Shown here piece by piece: positions 61,662 through 64,000 of a DNA stretch of 64,000 nucleotides. The translations under genes were made by a program, and so were the position numbers. The notes beneath the pieces are model-generated. The model saw only the letters and a program-made list of their open reading frames with translations. It ran no database searches and had not been told where the DNA came from. The number at the start of each line of letters is the position of its first letter. Position 1 is the stretch's first letter. This DNA is from an uncultured Candidatus Binatia bacterium (GTDB taxonomy: Bacteria > Desulfobacterota > Binatia > UBA9968 > JAJDTQ01): the NCBI GenBank assembly GCA_965213675.1, contig OZ243916.1, positions 64,001 to 128,000 of the forward strand, given 5' to 3'.

Positions 61662-62924
61662 TCATCCGGCGGCGGGTTTCGGGGTCCGTACTCCTCTTGC
61701 CGTGATGACGAAGAGGGCCGCGGCGATGGCCATTACCACCAGGGTGCTGAGCCCCAGTGACCATTGTATGCCGACATACGCGCCGGCAAAGCCCACGGTG
61801 ACGCCGCTGAACGTCCGCAGCCCCTGGGCGGCCATGTTGTAGAGCCCGATCAGACGGCCGCGCAGGTTGGCCGGCGCCTCGAGTTGCACCAGCGTCTGCG
61901 CCATGGACAGAAACGCAAGGTTGAGGATGCCGGCGAGGAACAGGAACAGCAACGACAGCACGTAGTTCGTGGAGACGGCGAAGGCGGTCATGGCGCAGCA
62001 CCACAGCATGGCCAGGATGATCGCCGTCGAGGCGCGTGCCGTGAACAGGCCTCTTATTTCCAGCAACAACCCGCCGGCGACGGCGCCCGCGCCATTGGCG
62101 GCGAACAACATGGCGTAGCCGAGGCTCAGATCCTCCGCGCCCAGCGACAGGGCGAACGCTGGCATGAGCGCCTGAAACGCGTTGCCTACGAAAAAGGCGT
62201 AGAAACCCACGAGCAGGATCATGGACAGGAGGATCCGGTTGTTTGAAGCGCCCCACAGTGCCGAAAGCGCTTCCGCCCAGCTCCCCTTCGTGGTCTGCCG
62301 CCCGGAGCCGTGGCCGGTATAGGGCACCAGCCGGCACCAGACCATCAATGGCAGGTAGACGAGCGCATTGACCAGCAGCGCCCGCGTGGGTTTCAGCAGC
62401 CACAGGGTGGCGCCTCCCACCGCGGGGCCGAACAGAATCCCCAGTTGCCGTCCCGTCGCCAGTAGCCGGATGCCGCTCTGAAGCGTCTCAGGCCCGACCA
62501 CGTCGTAGATCATGAGTTGGCGCGCCGGGTTCCACAAGGCGCCCGCCATGCCGTGGAGGGTCAGCAGGAGCGCCGAGTGCCACATCTCCAGGCGACCTGT
62601 ATAGAACAGCAATGCCCAGGCGAGGCTCACCGATATGAACAGGATCTGGGACCATTCCATGATCCGCCGGCAATCGAGGCGATCCGCAAGCGCGCCGAAG
62701 TACCACGAAAAGAACAGCGCGGGCATCCAGTGGCTGATGACGGCAAATCCCTGCAGCGTTTCGGAGCGGAACGCCTGGTACACGATGCCGTAGCTGATGA
62801 CGTGCTCGATGTTGTCGGCCATCATCGACAACATGTTGCCGATGAAGAACAGGGCGAAGTCACGGTTCCGGAGCGCCGCGAACGCGGGTGGGGCCTGAGC
62901 GGATGCAGGTGCGGGTGTGCTCAT
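61662..62924 (-). CDS. MFS transporter
   Basis: FAALRNRDF, GALADRLD, NPARQ and RGRLIGLY. Confidence 0.88.
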   Translation of the reverse strand: MSTPAPASAQAPPAFAALRNRDFALFFIGNMLSMMADNIEHVISYGIVYQAFRSETLQGFAVISHWMPALFFSWYFGALADRLDCRRIMEWSQILFISVSLAWALLFYTGRLEMWHSALLLTLHGMAGALWNPARQLMIYDVVGPETLQSGIRLLATGRQLGILFGPAVGGATLWLLKPTRALLVNALVYLPLMVWCRLVPYTGHGSGRQTTKGSWAEALSALWGASNNRILLSMILLVGFYAFFVGNAFQALMPAFALSLGAEDLSLGYAMLFAANGAGAVAGGLLLEIRGLFTARASTAIILAMLWCCAMTAFAVSTNYVLSLLFLFLAGILNLAFLSMAQTLVQLEAPANLRGRLIGLYNMAAQGLRTFSGVTVGFAGAYVGIQWSLGLSTLVVMAIAAALFVITARGVRTPKPAAG

Positions 62925-63000
62925 GGAGTACGGTAGTGGCGGACTCGGGTGCGATGTTGCCCAATGTAGACAAGTTGTCCGTTCCTTGACAACCCGCAAC

Positions 63001-63036
63001 AAAGAAGCGGGCAGCCGCAAGGGCTGCCCGCTTTTC
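63001..63036. terminator. Intrinsic terminator downstream of the Spy-like gene (possibly bidirectional)
   Basis: AAGCGGGCAGCC-GCAAG-GGCTGCCCGCTT with an A-rich left flank and a T-rich right flank. Confidence 0.75.
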
Positions 63037-63073
63037 ATTCAGAACGAGAGTCGACTCGGCACAACACCCCGTC

Positions 63074-63628
63074 CTATCGGCGCCCGTGGCCGTGACCCTT
63101 GCGGCCTCCGCGGCCTTGCAACATGCGCTTCAGCATGCGGTCCGCCTTCGCGATCTGCTCGGGTGTCAGAATCTCTCGCACGGCCAGCACGGCGTCGGCG
63201 CGCGCCCGCAGCCGGTCGCCCCGGATCTTGGCGATGGCGTCCACCTTGGCGCCGACCGCGGCCTTTTCAACCGTCTCCCCCGTGACCATCTGGCGCAGAT
63301 CGATGCCGGCGATGCGGGCGTCGGCGCGCAGCGCGATTTTCTTCTTGCGCGCCTCGGTGAGCACCTCCTTGATCTTCGTGACCTGCTCGTCGGTGAGCTC
63401 CAGGCGCTCCTTCATGCGTCCCATCATCCGCGCCTGGCCACCGCGTTCGTGTCGTCCGCCGCGGCCGCGCCAGTGCCGCCTGCCGCGTTCCTCGCCGCCA
63501 TCGGCGCGGGCCACCCGCGGGCTGTCGCCGCGGCGCCCTTCGCTCTGCTGGCTCCAGGCGATGCCTCCGGAAAGGCCCACCAGGAGCATGGGTACCATCA
63601 GAAATGCGGTGCGCTTGCGATTCTTCAT
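63074..63628 (-). CDS. Spy/CpxP family periplasmic protein
   Basis: Signal peptide and two LTxxQ motifs (LELTDEQ, ILTPEQ). Confidence 0.85.
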   Translation of the reverse strand: MKNRKRTAFLMVPMLLVGLSGGIAWSQQSEGRRGDSPRVARADGGEERGRRHWRGRGGRHERGGQARMMGRMKERLELTDEQVTKIKEVLTEARKKKIALRADARIAGIDLRQMVTGETVEKAAVGAKVDAIAKIRGDRLRARADAVLAVREILTPEQIAKADRMLKRMLQGRGGRKGHGHGRR

Positions 63629-63673
63629 TGAGGTTCTCCTTGTTGGTTTGTTGAGTCGATCCGGATCGCGATG

Positions 63674-64000
63674 TCAAGGATTAGACGCATGGGGGTTCCG
63701 GGTCTGTCGCGGTGTCCCCAAGGGGAGTCGAGCGCTGCCGGTGCGCCGCGATTCGACCCGCGACATCCACCGCTGGCGCTTTTGCGCGCGTCGTTCACGG
63801 AAATCGTCGGTCAGGTCTTGCAGCCTGCGCGCCTGGCTGTCGTCGAGGGACGGTACGATCTTTTTGTGAAACTCCATGATAATGCGGTCGGCTTCCTCGT
63901 GGGAGCGTATGCGCTCCCGGTAAAGATTCTGCCGGGCCTGGCCCAACAATGGCCCGATCTCCCCCATCTGTTGCTCCGAGAGGTCGAGCTTCCGTTGCAG
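63674..64000 (-). CDS. Helical LTxxQ-like hypothetical protein, 5' end beyond the window
   Basis: Frame is open to the edge: LQRKLDLSEQQMGEIGPLL...SLDDSQARRL. Confidence 0.55.
   Translation of the reverse strand: MQRKLDLSEQQMGEIGPLLGQARQNLYRERIRSHEEADRIIMEFHKKIVPSLDDSQARRLQDLTDDFRERRAQKRQRWMSRVESRRTGSARLPLGTPRQTRNPHASNP

Overview
GC-rich bacterial chromosomal window. The 16S gene and gene order look Deltaproteobacteria-like, and the RiPP cluster suggests a marine-sponge associate; both points are inference. Positions 1-16.6 kb hold a proteusin/TOMM RiPP cluster truncated at the left edge. It has a degenerate GlnE-like gene, a fused cyclodehydratase (YcaO), an uncharacterised 372-aa protein and an NHLP precursor with the 5-residue core LCCCW. 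It also has an MMPL transporter, two NHLM-type ABC transporters (one with a C39 peptidase), a short HlyD-like protein, a LolA-like protein, an outer-membrane barrel and a flavin-dependent Trp halogenase. This matches my recollection of the published sponge-microbiome 'srp' cluster (SrpC/SrpE/SrpI), whose final product and several genes are, to my knowledge, still uncharacterised. The rest is mostly core genome: a carboxyltransferase, phoU-phoB-phoR, RNase G, an HNH nuclease, smc-ftsY-zapB-zapA-5-formyl-THF cyclo-ligase-rny-tyrS and a complete rrn operon (16S, tRNA-Ile, tRNA-Ala, 23S, 5S). After that come moeA-ispF-acs, an amidohydrolase, an aa3 cytochrome c oxidase operon, an AfuABC-like ABC importer, nadX/TPP enzyme/MFS/RidA and Spy-like genes. 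Non-coding signals include a MITE-like family, two short dispersed repeat families, candidate Pho and Rex boxes, a 36-aa membrane ORF missing from the ORF track and a candidate structured leader RNA. No CRISPR array or transposase was seen.
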